This document shows, in pieces, positions 28,083 to 40,500 of a DNA stretch of 64,000 bases; the first letter of the stretch is position 1; every line of letters starts with the position of its first letter. Under the pieces are notes generated by a model. It searched no databases. It was given only the letters and a program-made list of their open reading frames with translations, and had not been told where the DNA came from. The position numbers and the translations under genes are program-made. The stretch comes from Perkinsus olseni (taxonomy: Eukaryota). The DNA is taken from assembly GCA_013115125.1 (NCBI GenBank), contig JABANN010000089.1, positions 1-64,000 of the forward strand. The letters are read 5' to 3'.

Positions 28083-31000
28083 ATGAGCGAGTCTCTAGGG
28101 CTAGCTCCGAGCCAACAAGGGAAGCCTCCGATAGTGCTCGAGGAAGAGGTAAGCTCTATCGAGGACCGCGGAGACTCAAACGTATGCTGAGTAGGTCGAC
28201 GAGAATTATGAGCCGACAGAGGAGGAGATACTCGAGTACGCCGAGTGGATTGGCATGGACGTCGCCGAAGACCAAGACTTGTTCTGGATCGCCAAGGAGG
28301 GTATAGTCTTGGAAACTAGGCGGAGCGAAGCTCCTTTCGATCCAAGGTCTGAAGGCGCCTCTGCCGGCTCCGTGGAAGCCTTGCCAGACGGCAGAGGAGG
28401 ATATCTTTTACTTCAACTTCGAGACGGGAGAGAGCGTCTGGGACCACCCATGCGATGAGTATTATAAGAAACTCTTCAATGAGAATAAACAGAAGAAGGA
28501 GCTCAAGAAGGAGCGGGCAGATCCTCGAGGTGGTGGGTCCGGTCCTTACGGACGCCTCACAACTTCTCATCCAAGTCCGATGTTGAATTCCTCGTCGAAA
28601 TTTTATGAGAAGTAGTGGGGCACCCTTTGCGTATTCTACCTGTGCTGCAGAGGATTCAAAGGCTGATAGTATAGCGGCTGGCGACGAGCCGCTCACAACT
28701 GAAAAGAAGAAAAAGAAAAAGAAGAAGTCGAGTGGTGCTGAAGAGGTGATCACACGGCATGTGCAGAATCGATCCGAAATGGGAAGTTCCAGTACAGGTT
28801 GTCGGACCATCGCCACCGCCGGCTCTGCCTCTTGCCCCTCCACCACCTTCCGGTGCGGATCCGCGAGCAGTCCCGCCCTTACCTGGTCTTGGCGATATAA
28901 TTAGAACGTCCATGGACTTCCCTACTGCGCGGAATCCTGGGGACAGGTTAGCAGCGGCACAGTCAATCTATACCATAGCCCCGATACATCAGGCCGGTCA
29001 CATCAGCACGCGATACTGATCCTTCCAAGGAGGTTGCCGCGATTAGGGCGAAGAACGGTAGAGAACTTGCCGTCCTCGAGGCGGAGCATGCGACTGCTCT
29101 GGCCGCGATGCGAGAGCAGAATGAGAAGGTTAGAACGATGGTGTGAAGGCAGCGACACTGCGCTCGGACTAGGTCATGACGAGCACCCGGACAGACTTCA
29201 ACCGAGCTCTGTCTCGCATGACCGAGGCCCACAATGAGGAGCGACACAAGCTGTTGGCTGAGCATGAACGGAAGATGCACGAAGAGCGGAAGAAGTTGGA
29301 AGCTGAGATGGCCAGAGAGAAGGAACGCATGGAGAAGGCGAGTCTTCCTCGAGTCCAGCCTATGCAATCACATTGTAGCTGTTTAGGAAATGCGCAGGGA
29401 GATAGAAAGGGAGGTGGAAGGTCAGAGAGAGATTCTCAGAGCAAATGCACAGCAGCAGATCGAGAGGGATATTCTCGACGCCGAAAGGTAGGTGGATAGT
29501 TGTTTGACTTCTCCTACTAGTCTCCGACGTGTTATACGTCCACTGCCCGGCAACGACTCTGTACCGCTCCGTAGGTCCTGCCGAGAGGCCGAGTTGTCTG
29601 TCATTAACGCGGAGCATGCTAGAGAGATTGAACGGCTAGTGGAGGAACACTGTGAGGCTGTCCGGAAGCTGCGGCAACAGCAAGGAGAGGAGATACACCG
29701 CATGAAAGCGGAGCATAGAGACGTGAGTTTGGCCCTTTCCTCTCAGCTGTATTGGATCATTCCTCTCAGGTGGGGGATCGTTTAGGTGTTGAGCACAGGC
29801 AGCGTCTTGAGGGAGACCGAGCCAGGGAGTACTCGAAAACAAACAGTGGTGCTGAAGAGGTAGGCTGTCAATCCTTCGCCCGCCCTCAGGCAATCGTTCA
29901 GGGTAAGCGTCGGCGAGAGATTGAGGCTCGCCTGGAGCAGGAAATACGACCCGAGCTTGAGCGGCGGCGTCTCAGGCAGGAGATGGCACCGAGAATAGAA
30001 GCGGAACTCCGTCCACGAGTCGAGCGAGATTTGCGTAGCGAACTGGAGGAGATAAACGCTCGTCGGCGTGGGGAGATCGAGAAGGAAGTGCGGCACGAAA
30101 TTGAGATGGAGTTGAAGCAGAGCGGGGCGGTTGTCGAGGCCGTTCGACAAGACCTCCGTTTTGAGCTTCGAGGGCCGATAGAGGCGGAACTCCGGGCGGG
30201 CCTGGAGGGAGAGATGAGAGAGACGGTTGAAGGTGAGGTCATGGCACGGCTTCGACGAGACATGCTGAAGGAGCTTGAGAAGGAGCGGGCAATGGTGGCT
30301 GAGCTGCAGCGCCTAAAAGGAAGCGAGAAGGAGGTCCAAACCGCTGTTGGGGAGAAGGAACTCTCCTTGCGTGGAAGCTCGGTGCTGCTCGACCTGCCAG
30401 ATCTATCCGCCATAAGCCATTGTGGAGGGCCGAGAGAGTCTCGGCTGAGTGGAGACTTCGAGGGGATTCTCAAAATTCTATCGGAGAGGCACAAGCAGCT
30501 CGAGGCGCGCGAACACGATGCTGCAGAGGCACTGTCCGAGAAGGAAGAGAGAATCGCTGCGACGTTACGACGGCTGCACGAGGCCCGGGAGCAGCTCACG
30601 GTGACCGAAGCAGATGCTACACAGAAGGGTCAAGAGATAGCGAGGTTGAGACGGGAGCTGGCTAGCAGGGAGAAGATAACGGCCGCGCTGAGGGACCAAG
30701 TTGCATCACTGGAAGCCGAGCTTCAGAGCGAGAAGCGCAACGCACAGGCAAGCGCGTCGGAAGCCATGCGTGAGCTGAGGCGACGACAGAGGGTTCTCGA
30801 CGAGCGCGAGACAGAGTTGGAGGTAAAGGAGATCAGGCAAGGTGAAGTTATGGCACAGCTGAGGGCGAAGGAAGCAGCCCTGGTCACGGAGAGGAAGCGG
30901 GTCCAGGACGACTCGAATAAGCTGGAGGCTGAGGCGGCGGAGATCGCAACGATGCAACAGACGTTGAAGAGCATAACGCATGAAGTAAAGCATGCGCAAG

Positions 31001-31653
31001 AGGTTAACTCGTCGCCCAATGTTGGACGACGGCCGATGACCTCGAGGCCCGCTACTGATGAAGCAATAATAACGGAGCTCGGGGAGATCAAATCAGCTTT
31101 GGTGCAGCTCTCTGCCCGGGGCTCTCGGCCTTTCGGAACGCGGAATGCTCATTCGGCAACCCGTCCGCGTTCGGACAAAGCGACGGACGACGAGACATCC
31201 TCAGAGAGCGCCCCAGTAGCGCGGAAAGGGGATGGGTTTAATTATTGGATGCACGCTGAGAAGGAGGCTATAGGGGCGGCTAAGAAGCGCATGGCAGCCG
31301 AGCATGCGATGTGCAGGGCGGAGAGGTCCCGACTCGAAATGGAGAGGCAGATCTGGAGGGATCGGATGAGGGAAGCTAAACGCAACGGTGACCACCGGGC
31401 TAAGGGCGAGCTGATGCGGGCCAAGTCGGTCTTGGACGCCCGAGCAGCTGATTACAATGTGTCGGTGGCGGAGTCCCAGGTAGAGTCGGGGAAGCTGGAG
31501 GAGAGAGAGCGGGCGTTAGAGAAGTACTCGGCATCCCGCATGTACCGAGAAAAGCGTCTCAACCCGAACAAACATTACTGGGGAGAGATCCCTCCGCCAT
31601 TACCCTTCTCGTCGACGTGGGCCAAGTACAGTATACCCCAGTTGAAGCCTTAG
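28083..31653 (+). CDS. CEP164-like WW-domain and long coiled-coil protein
   Basis: The N-terminus DENYEPTEEEILEYAEWIGMD...LFWIAKEGLKAPLPAPWKPC...YFNFETGESVWDHPCD is typical of CEP164. It is followed by a long E/R-rich coiled coil. Confidence 0.8.
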
Positions 31654-31858
31654 TAGTAGCACGCATGCATCCATTGAAGCATACTATGCATACACAGTCT
31701 CAACACTCCGTCGCCCCCTTGTGTTCATTGGGAGAGTCGCTTGATGATGCTCTTGTCTCCATAGTTGAACTCATATCACAAATTTTACCCTGCTCCGCAA
31801 TAATCCCCCAACCTGCAGAGCTCTCAGCGGAGTCTTTTTAATCGCTCTGAGCACCGGC

Positions 31859-32847
31859 TTGTTTCAAGTTGTCGAGGCAGCGTCGTCGCCTTCATCGAGC
31901 GGTTTCCTACAGCCAGGCGTGGTATATCAACCCGCAGCACCAGCGCCACCAGCGCCTCCTCAAGTGCTCGGCTTCGGCCCGGCACCTCCGTCATACTACC
32001 CTGTGTTACAGCAGCCAGCATGGACGCCCGCTACGATGGGCGCTCCATCTCAAACTGTAGCAGCAGCGAGTCCAACTTGGAATATGGTGGTCATTGGGTG
32101 GATCGTCTCTTTCCTGGTGGGTTTCTTGGGCACCTTCGTTCTGAGACACTACTTCCCCGACCACCATAAGAGCTTCAACAGGATCGCAGAACGTAAGATA
32201 TCCAGCGGAGCGATGCACATATGTTCGAGTTGCCCCATCTCTCAGGTATCGGATCCTCTACTACACCTTATGGTCATATCTTCCGCAGCCCTGCAGAGGA
32301 TAGTAGACCAGAGAGATCCCCGCTTATCATGCACAATCCCCATATGGTGTCCAGTCCCGTCACCGTCCACACCCGCAAAGTTGCTCCTAGAGCCTCAGGT
32401 ATGCTGCGGCCACCAGCTGCTATCGGTCACACTTGCCTGTTTTCCTTTTCAGTTGGACCGTCTAAAAGCGACGGCGAAGCGACGCAGGCTTCGAAGGATT
32501 CGAAGAGGCATCGGACGAGAGACGCTCTGTCGAACGAGGCGCCCCGCAGTCATAGGATCAAGTTGCACCGTAGCCGTCTTGGAGACGATAGCGCCGCGGC
32601 ACATCCAGCGACACGAAGTCGATCGCGGAAGCCGACCGACGAGCGAGCCGGCGCATCGGAGAGGCGGAAACATCATGACGGGTAAGAGAGTTAAGAATGC
32701 GAATGGTGCGGATGTTCAATTTTCGCCGCTCTAGGGTAGAGGTTTCTCATGCTTATCGGTCCTCCCAGGTCTCGCGAAAGAAAGCATCATAAGCATCGCG
32801 AGGACGAAGGAGCCTCGTCTTCCACCAGAAAGAAACTCTATCACTGA
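31859..32847 (+). CDS. Hypothetical single-pass membrane protein
   Basis: A P/A-rich segment, then the TM segment MVVIGWIVSFLVGFLGTFVL and charged downstream exons. The start is unresolved. Confidence 0.45.
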
Positions 32848-33991
32848 ATGCGACCATATTATTCATCCACGACCTGTACTTTAACGACTGTAATGTCGAT
32901 TCTTCCACAGTGCTTCACGCGCCATGACCCTTGTGGATCTTTGTGTCTATCTTGTTGGGTTTTACGTGTGTGCAGCAAGTCGAATCTCCTACATTCACAG
33001 CACGGCACGGGCTAAACACAGAATTCCAGGCAAGCTGTTGGTGTAACCATTAAACTGCTCTCCCTGCTATCTTCTAGTGTTTCGCATCTGATAACTTCCC
33101 CAGGAGATGACATCAATTCAATTAAGAAGAATGCCAGTTAGCGTGATTCATATCTTACAACTGCCATGGTGTCAGTCATAGCCGTAATGACGCTCAGAGC
33201 AGAGTGCCTCTGTCGTAATCGGGGGCGCTGACTGATGTGTTGTCATACTCATCGCCATCGAACTGAAAACCCTGCTCTGAAAATGATACTTTTTCAGAAC
33301 CAGTCTACTCTGGAGATCAGAATTGGCAGGGAGCTTCTTTGCAACTAACGTGACGTCAAGTCGAGACTGGGAGACCCTTAGAAGCTCCCACGCAGGAGCC
33401 CTGCGGCAGGACCTATTACTATGAAGCGTGAGCGTCCGAAGCGATGCGATATGGGACAGCGTAGGACATGTAACTGCCTCCCTAGAAAGGCTTGACGTGT
33501 ACAGCCTGCACGGTGCGGGCGCTGACTTTGTGTAATGTGTTCCCCCGCGCAACGATTTTAGAGCTGAAAGTCGGGCCTTGGAAATTATTCGAGATCCTAC
33601 TTTTGGAGATTTGCTCCAGCTACCCGTCCCTGGGTGCTCGAGCAGGGGTACGAACATGCGGGAGTATTGTCAAGAAAAACCTACCTAGTACGAGCTTCCA
33701 TACTTTTTGTGTCTCCGAGATGCGGGGGAGGGCTCGGTGACGCTGTCATAATGCTGCGTCACCATTTGTGGTGTGGAAGGTCCAAATCTGTCTCGCTACT
33801 AAGTGCATTAGCCATACACCGGAGCACACATACACACGGGAGCAGGCAGTTGTTATAGTAGCTCTAGGGTTGCCCGTTCAGGATTCCTCCCGCTGCACTG
33901 TGCCCGCAGCGATATCAGCGAAACAAAATCATAATAATCAAACTTGTTCATAAGGGCACATTCAGTGATTTAAAAACTACTTACACTCAGT

Positions 33992-34063
33992 TCCGCGGTA
34001 GTATAGTGGTGAGTATTCCTGCCTGTCACGCAGGAGACCCGGCTTCAATTCCCGGCCGTGGAA
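33992..34063 (+). tRNA. tRNA-Asp (GTC)
   Basis: Cloverleaf TCCGCGG-TA-GTATAGTGGTGAGTAT-T-CCTGC-CTGTCAC-GCAGG-AGAC-CCGGC-TTCAATT-CCCGG-CCGTGGA-A, with a T-run just downstream. Position 53 is C instead of G. Confidence 0.88.
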
Positions 34064-34100
34064 TAATCTTTTCTGGTGGGTCCCTTAGTACGAAACCTTG

Positions 34101-36652
34101 TTACTCGACTGTCTGTGCTACGGCGAGCATACCCCTGTCTTCGTGATAGAGTATATGGCAGTGAATAAGTATGCCACCAGTGAAATCAATCGACCAAAAC
34201 CTCACTGTGACACCGCTTGCGCTGAAGTTGAATCCACCCACGGTATCGTACCTGTGCAGAAAAACTACGAGTATCGCTTTGTGACGAAAGCTGCGTCTAG
34301 CCCACTCACCAGTTCCCCAAGATGAAACCAGCTTCCTCTGCCTCGTTTTTGCTGTCCTCATCACCAAATTTTACGATCTGCACCGGGTAGGTATGCATGT
34401 GCACTGGATGCTTCAAGTCCCCTTTCTCATAGATCCACTCGTTCAAGTCTCCCAGATGCATTTGGGTGAGATAATCGGTAGCAGACGAGAAGGACTTGCC
34501 ATTCACGGCAAGGTTCCCCACTTGCTGTTGGGCAGCGCGGAAATTGGACACCGAGAATAGTACGCAAAGAACCACTGCCGCGACCACGACCGTAACCGTC
34601 AATGGCTTATCGACACCGAATCGGCTGCGTTCCGCTTGTAACCGCATATACCCATACCCTTTCGAACAGTGGAGCACGAGCCACTTCCACAGAGGGAGCA
34701 TCACTAGGAGAGCCAGGGCGGCAAAAAGCCAGCCCAGGAAAGTCCGCGAGGGAAAAGTTGGATGGTAGTGGCCGAATTTGAGCCGAAACGGGGGAGAGCC
34801 TGCCGAGAGGTTCCTGGTGTCCTTGAGGTAACTAGCAGAGGGCGCTGGGTAGCGCGGTGGCGTTGGAGATCCGGAAGCCGATGATACCGGAACCACGCTG
34901 AGAATCTCTCCGGTGTACCAATAGTTGTCGGGGCTTTTGTGCTGTACACCGACAAATTGGACATGCTGACCGGCATTACGGCAACGTAGGGCAATGTCAC
35001 GGCGAGAGCCGGGAATCAGGATGAAGGATGTTACAGTCCTCGGGCCTTCCGTCAGAGGTATTCCATCGGCAGCAATCACCTAATGAACATCGCATCCTGT
35101 GGACGGCATATACTCATTTCGTACGGGCTGGACTAGTTCAGCGAGTGCAGCTCAAGCTATGCAACAAATCGATATCTACGAATCTCCAAATACAGTGAGA
35201 TCCTCACCCTCATCTCGCATGCGTCGAGAGGAAGAATCGTGATGTTGACATGCGCGGCCACTGGCGGATGGATGAAGCGGAGAACGCCCCATTCGTCGAG
35301 AGGAACTTGGATCGCTGGTGCTGAGACAGGGAAGAGCTAAGCTGACTCGGTACCAGTCTGACAGCGATTCACCAGCGTCCCTACGTACAAACGAGGCCGT
35401 TCGCGAGGTATTTCGAGAAGACTGGTTCGGTTGATTCTCGAACTGCAAGTTCCTCAGGCCTCAGTGAGCTCGGTGGTCCGTTGATGTCACCAGCCTCATG
35501 ACTGTAGAATGGCCAGTCCACACCTGATGCTTGGCAGTCGAAGGTCCGTCGGAAACAGTTCCAAGCTCATCGACGAGAGTGACGAGTGATGGGTTAGCCC
35601 ACCACAGTTGAAGACATCACACCCCAGCCGGAATTTTTTCGAGTGTAATTATGAAGATACCACACCAACAGTCGAACCTTTCCACCACCAACTGTATGCC
35701 ACATGTCATAATTTGGTTAACGAGTCGACTGAAGTCACCCGATGATCGCTCGGAACCGTGTTGCTACGATAAATACAGCGCACTGCGGCAAACGAGACCT
35801 TCGGAAAAACAATCCACGCGGGCTCCTCACCTTGTGAATCCGTGATTGGCTTCGGCTCCAGTTTGTAGCAGTGGAAACAGACATGTCCCAACACTAAAGC
35901 TTCTTCAAATAGGAATTCCTTCTGACCGTTCCTAAGGTGAGAACGAGCGGCAACTGGCAGCCGCTCAGTCAAACGCCACGGCACGACTCACTCAGGACCC
36001 ACGATGAGAGCCCCCGCAAGGCCCTGGCCGACCTGTATGAAGGTACTGCCATGCAGATGGGCGTGATACATATAGGTGCCTAGGAAGACTGCTGTGAGCC
36101 ATCGATCTTGGGAGGCGTGAAGCAGGCCCGTAAGCCAGCGTTGGGGGATCCAACTACCATGTGCATGGTCTTTGAGGATATGATAGACGTAGGTGAGGTT
36201 CTGCCCTGGTTGACACGATACCAAGACATTGTCCTCGTCTGGAGATATGTGCATGCCGTGGACGTGTAGGTTGGTAGCGTTCAACTGGAATGGAGAAATG
36301 CTTCACCCAAGCACGAATAAATGAGGGCAGCACTCTTCCTAGATGATTATTATGCCACGCTCCCTCAGGGGGCTTCAACCGGTTAACGATGGTGATGCGT
36401 AGGGTATCACCAGGTGACACACGTATGGTCGGGCCGACCAGACGGCCGTTGTAGACCCTTGGCCGCCAGTGCTGTATTCCAACCTGCGAGACGGACCATT
36501 GCAAGCCTCATACTGCAGCGTCAGCCTACACTCTCCATCAACTCTGGTTCGGCAAGGTCGAGAATGAGGTCTTGCTCTACGAATGCCGAATGAAGCTGCT
36601 GCAGCAGAGATGTCGCTGAAGCGACGAGCTGAGCGAGGAAACGGAAGCGCAT
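34101..36652 (-). CDS. Three-domain multicopper oxidase (multi-exon)
   Basis: Motifs YNGRLVGPTIRVSPGD, TNLHVHG, GTYMYHAHLHG, HPVHMH and HCHILYHEDRGM. All four copper-binding motifs and the axial Met are present. Confidence 0.9.
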
Positions 36653-37564
36653 TCGAGGAACGGATTCACAACCTGCAAGGATCCCGACTTCTGCGATCCC
36701 CGAGCTCTTGGCTACCAACATCCCTCACGTGTAATCCCGAAGTCACAGGTCAAGGCGTGCTCGCGAACCATAGAGAGTCTCTATTAGAGACTCCGAATTG
36801 GAGTCTCCGACCACTGTGAGGTTACCCGGAGGTTTCCCGGGGCATTCATGGTAAGCTGGCGATACCCGGAGCATCTCATGTCCATAGCCTCGGGCTCTCA
36901 TCATGCACTAGTCTTCAATTGGTCGCCCCACAGCGCGCGATGTTCCCGCACGCGTGCTCGCGTTAGCACGCACGCGCGATGTACCCGATCGCCACACCGA
37001 TTCTGAAGGGTCGTGGGTGGAGTCGTTGCTGAGCGCAGGAATTCATCAACACACATACTGAAGTGCATACGTACACCACATACGAGTCCCTCTTGTAGAC
37101 GCAATAATGTCACTTGGTTAGAGTGCGCCGTGGATATAGATCTTGAGATTCTGACGGGGAGAGGGCCAAGATAAGCAATCGCAGCAATCGGCTGGGCTCG
37201 TGTTCTGAACTGTAAAAGTCTCTGGCATCAAAAGGACGCTAGATATGGGGAATTTTCACGTGGCAGCGGAATGGCGGCACAAATTTTATTTTCATGTAAT
37301 ACCGTTCCAGTTACCCTTGATCTCTCTTCTAATCAAATGCGTGTGTATTCATGTAACATATAGTCACACGGTTACGATTGAGAATGCGCGGGAGGTGAGG
37401 TACTCATTCTGAGGGTATAGGATCATCTAGAGCAGAGCTGCATGATAGTTGTTGGAGGTGTGGTACTCATTCGGTGTGGGGCCCTTACGAGCATCACGTA
37501 CACAACGAAAAGACGGGCACTGAAGAGAACATCGTAGATACGTAACGCATGCCGTGGTTGTTAT

Positions 37565-40500
37565 TCAGCCCGCTCTGCGTATCTCCGTTTTCTGTTGCGT
37601 GAGCAAGCTAACCATTGTGCCATCCATAACGTTGGCCATGAAGGTCTCGTCTGAGGGCACGGTCGGCGTGGGCCAGTCACCACATAGCTCCGACTCACTC
37701 CCAAGCTCGATCACTGTATTCGGGACGCCGCATCGCTGTGCTTCATCGGCTATCAGGGCAGCGGCATGTGGTAGAGGCAGCCACTCTCCCGTGGAGTCTC
37801 TCCACTCCCAGCGACCAGCAGGTTCTGATTGAAGAAATACCTCACACGGATAGTTGCATCACGCAACCACCTCACTTCCGATCAACGAGGCTCCGGTCGT
37901 ATTTCCAACGGTGGCGGGCCTGAACACTCATTGCTGATGGACACGCGACAGTGGTGATCCACGAGCATGTAGAAAGCTGAGAGGACGGACAACTTGCCTT
38001 GGATGTGTGCTCGTTGCTTCAGGTGGGGATTGTACCTGATCTCACAATGTCTCACAATAATCGCCTTCTTCACTGCGGATTCTCACTTGCGTTCCGGATT
38101 GATTCATTGGGAATGCTGTATTGTTGTATTCATCCCCATCAGGAAGGCTGAGATACAGGAAGGTTTACCAAACGCCCTAGTCACATATCAGGTGATATGA
38201 TCATAGAAAGGCAATTCCGAGTCAACGGCCTTCCTAGTATAATTCTCTGTTCTCATTAAACGGATGGGAATCGTGATGGCACGGCCGATTGAAGCTTTCC
38301 CCATACATTGTGCTGTACGCGGTACATTCGCCACGTCTCTCAGCAAAAAAGCGCCGACTGCCACGCCAAATTAAGGCGCGACACTGCCATCTAGACGGCC
38401 CTAAACTCACCCGATCCAGCAACCCATGGGGGTCTGGTCCACCGTTATATCTGGGGTTAACTGAGTGGATGGCCCATAACTCAAGAGCATCGTCTCACCC
38501 TGCCCGCCAACGAACTCGACTTCAGCGGCATTCACGGCGTAATTGGTTACTGCGTCATTGAAGTTACCCTGCAGGGCTTGGGTTTGCGCACGTTGTAGGA
38601 TACTCTGAGATCAAAAAGCACCGGCGTAAAACTCCAGTTGATGGGCACGTCCTCAAAAACGCGCGGGCGTCGGCGCTCACTGGTCCCGAACTTGTTGTAG
38701 ATGGATTAAGATTCTCTGGGTTGAGGCTTTTCGGGAGTCCCCTGTACGCCGGATTGGTCATGTGGTACCTGCCGACGGGCTGGGCAGCTCCCGCATAGAG
38801 CGCATGCTGTACTTGCTTCTGCGCGGCCATAGGTACTGCACGGTATAATAGTCGGGGGCCTTCTCATACGCGTGGCTCAGGGACGCCTTCGACTGTTGAC
38901 AAAGACAAGTGCAACAGACGTACCTGGAGATGGTTCCCAAGCAACAGAATGGGTCGTCACGGCCCTGGCCGCCGAGCTGCCTTGGCGCCACCTGAGGATG
39001 CTCAAGGGGAGCACAAGGACGGCTGAGCTCAGAAGGATCAGCGTGGACATCTGAGCTCTGAAGGTTGGCAGTTGGCTGTCTGCCACGGAGGGGCGGATAA
39101 AGACTAGGTCCATGACGGCGAGAAGCTGAAACAGGCCTTCAATAGGACACAAGAGACTCGCGTGGGTCCCACCACGCCCGATAGCTCCACCAGAAACATC
39201 GCGTGTTTCGCTAATGTCGCAGACTGGGTGTACGGCCGCTTGCACTTGCGCAACAGCAAATACCTGACGACGACACCAGCATACTCCCAGTGAACTTCTA
39301 CTACGCGGACATACGTTTGAAAGAAGTGGAAAGAATGGTATCAGCCACAGTTTGTTAAACAAATTATCCCTACTTGCTGCTGCAGTACTGCAGAGTAAGC
39401 CCCAAGGCCACGAGGGGCAGCAGCACAGGGAGAACCGGAGCGAAGGTCATACCCAGAAAGTAGGTCTTCATCGCGTACGCATATCTGAGTCGGAAATATT
39501 CTTCTTCTTCTGCTGCTGCTGTCGTGATCCAGTTGACCTCAATGCCATGTCTACGTATACTTGACCCCTACCCCTCGTGCTGAAGCTTGTTGTATCTGAT
39601 ACTGTACACCGCGAGAGCTCACAGGATATGAGACCTCCATGAAGTACTTTTCTTGCTTCAATTTACTTTTCGCTGGGTCGATCTCTTTGATGACGTATTT
39701 GCGGATGAGCCCTCCGAGATCGAGAAATGCTACGGCGGGTGGTAGAATCTGCGTTGGATCAGAAGGGCATGTTCTTTGTTGTAATGGGCTTATCCGTAAT
39801 GACGATCGCGCAATAACAACTCCTCACAAAGTACATTCCTCGCGATAAGCAATTTTCTTAGTCTAGTGATCATAGTCACTTCGAGCTACGACAACGTTAC
39901 TTGACCGATTGGCCGGTGAGGGCGCATATTTGAGTTTAGCTCTCTTGAAGGATGTTAGCTGCATTCATCTCCGGTCCGCGGTAGATTACCGAATTGACGA
40001 GTATGGTCATGAAGACATCGGGTACCATCCCTCCAGCTCTATACCACTGGCTTGGATCGGCATTCACAGCAAAGAGAATCAAGGCAGTGTTCATGACGTA
40101 GGCGAAGCTGAGCTTCACCATTATGCTGCCTGAAAGATGGACACAGGTCCACCGGCTGCGGGTATCAGGGCAACCAGCTCACTGTCTTTCGCTGACACTG
40201 TGGCGTGGCGCTCATGAATCACACTCTTGTATGCTAACTTGGTGACAACCCAGTTGAGAATGGCGATCGTCAAGGCTGGGAGCAGGGAGCTGAGGACGTA
40301 CACTGCAGTCTGTGGTATACGGCATGAAATTCCATCAGTCCGTGCAGTAGTCATAACCCCCTTGCGAAATGGCGGATCGCCGGAGCCGTGGTAACACTTC
40401 CAATCTTGACCAGGGAGCGTGTGCAAGGTCTCCTAGCAACTGTTGGCGTCACACGAGCCGCTCTGTGCGTTACTAAAGCGTGCCCGGCATCATCTTTTAC

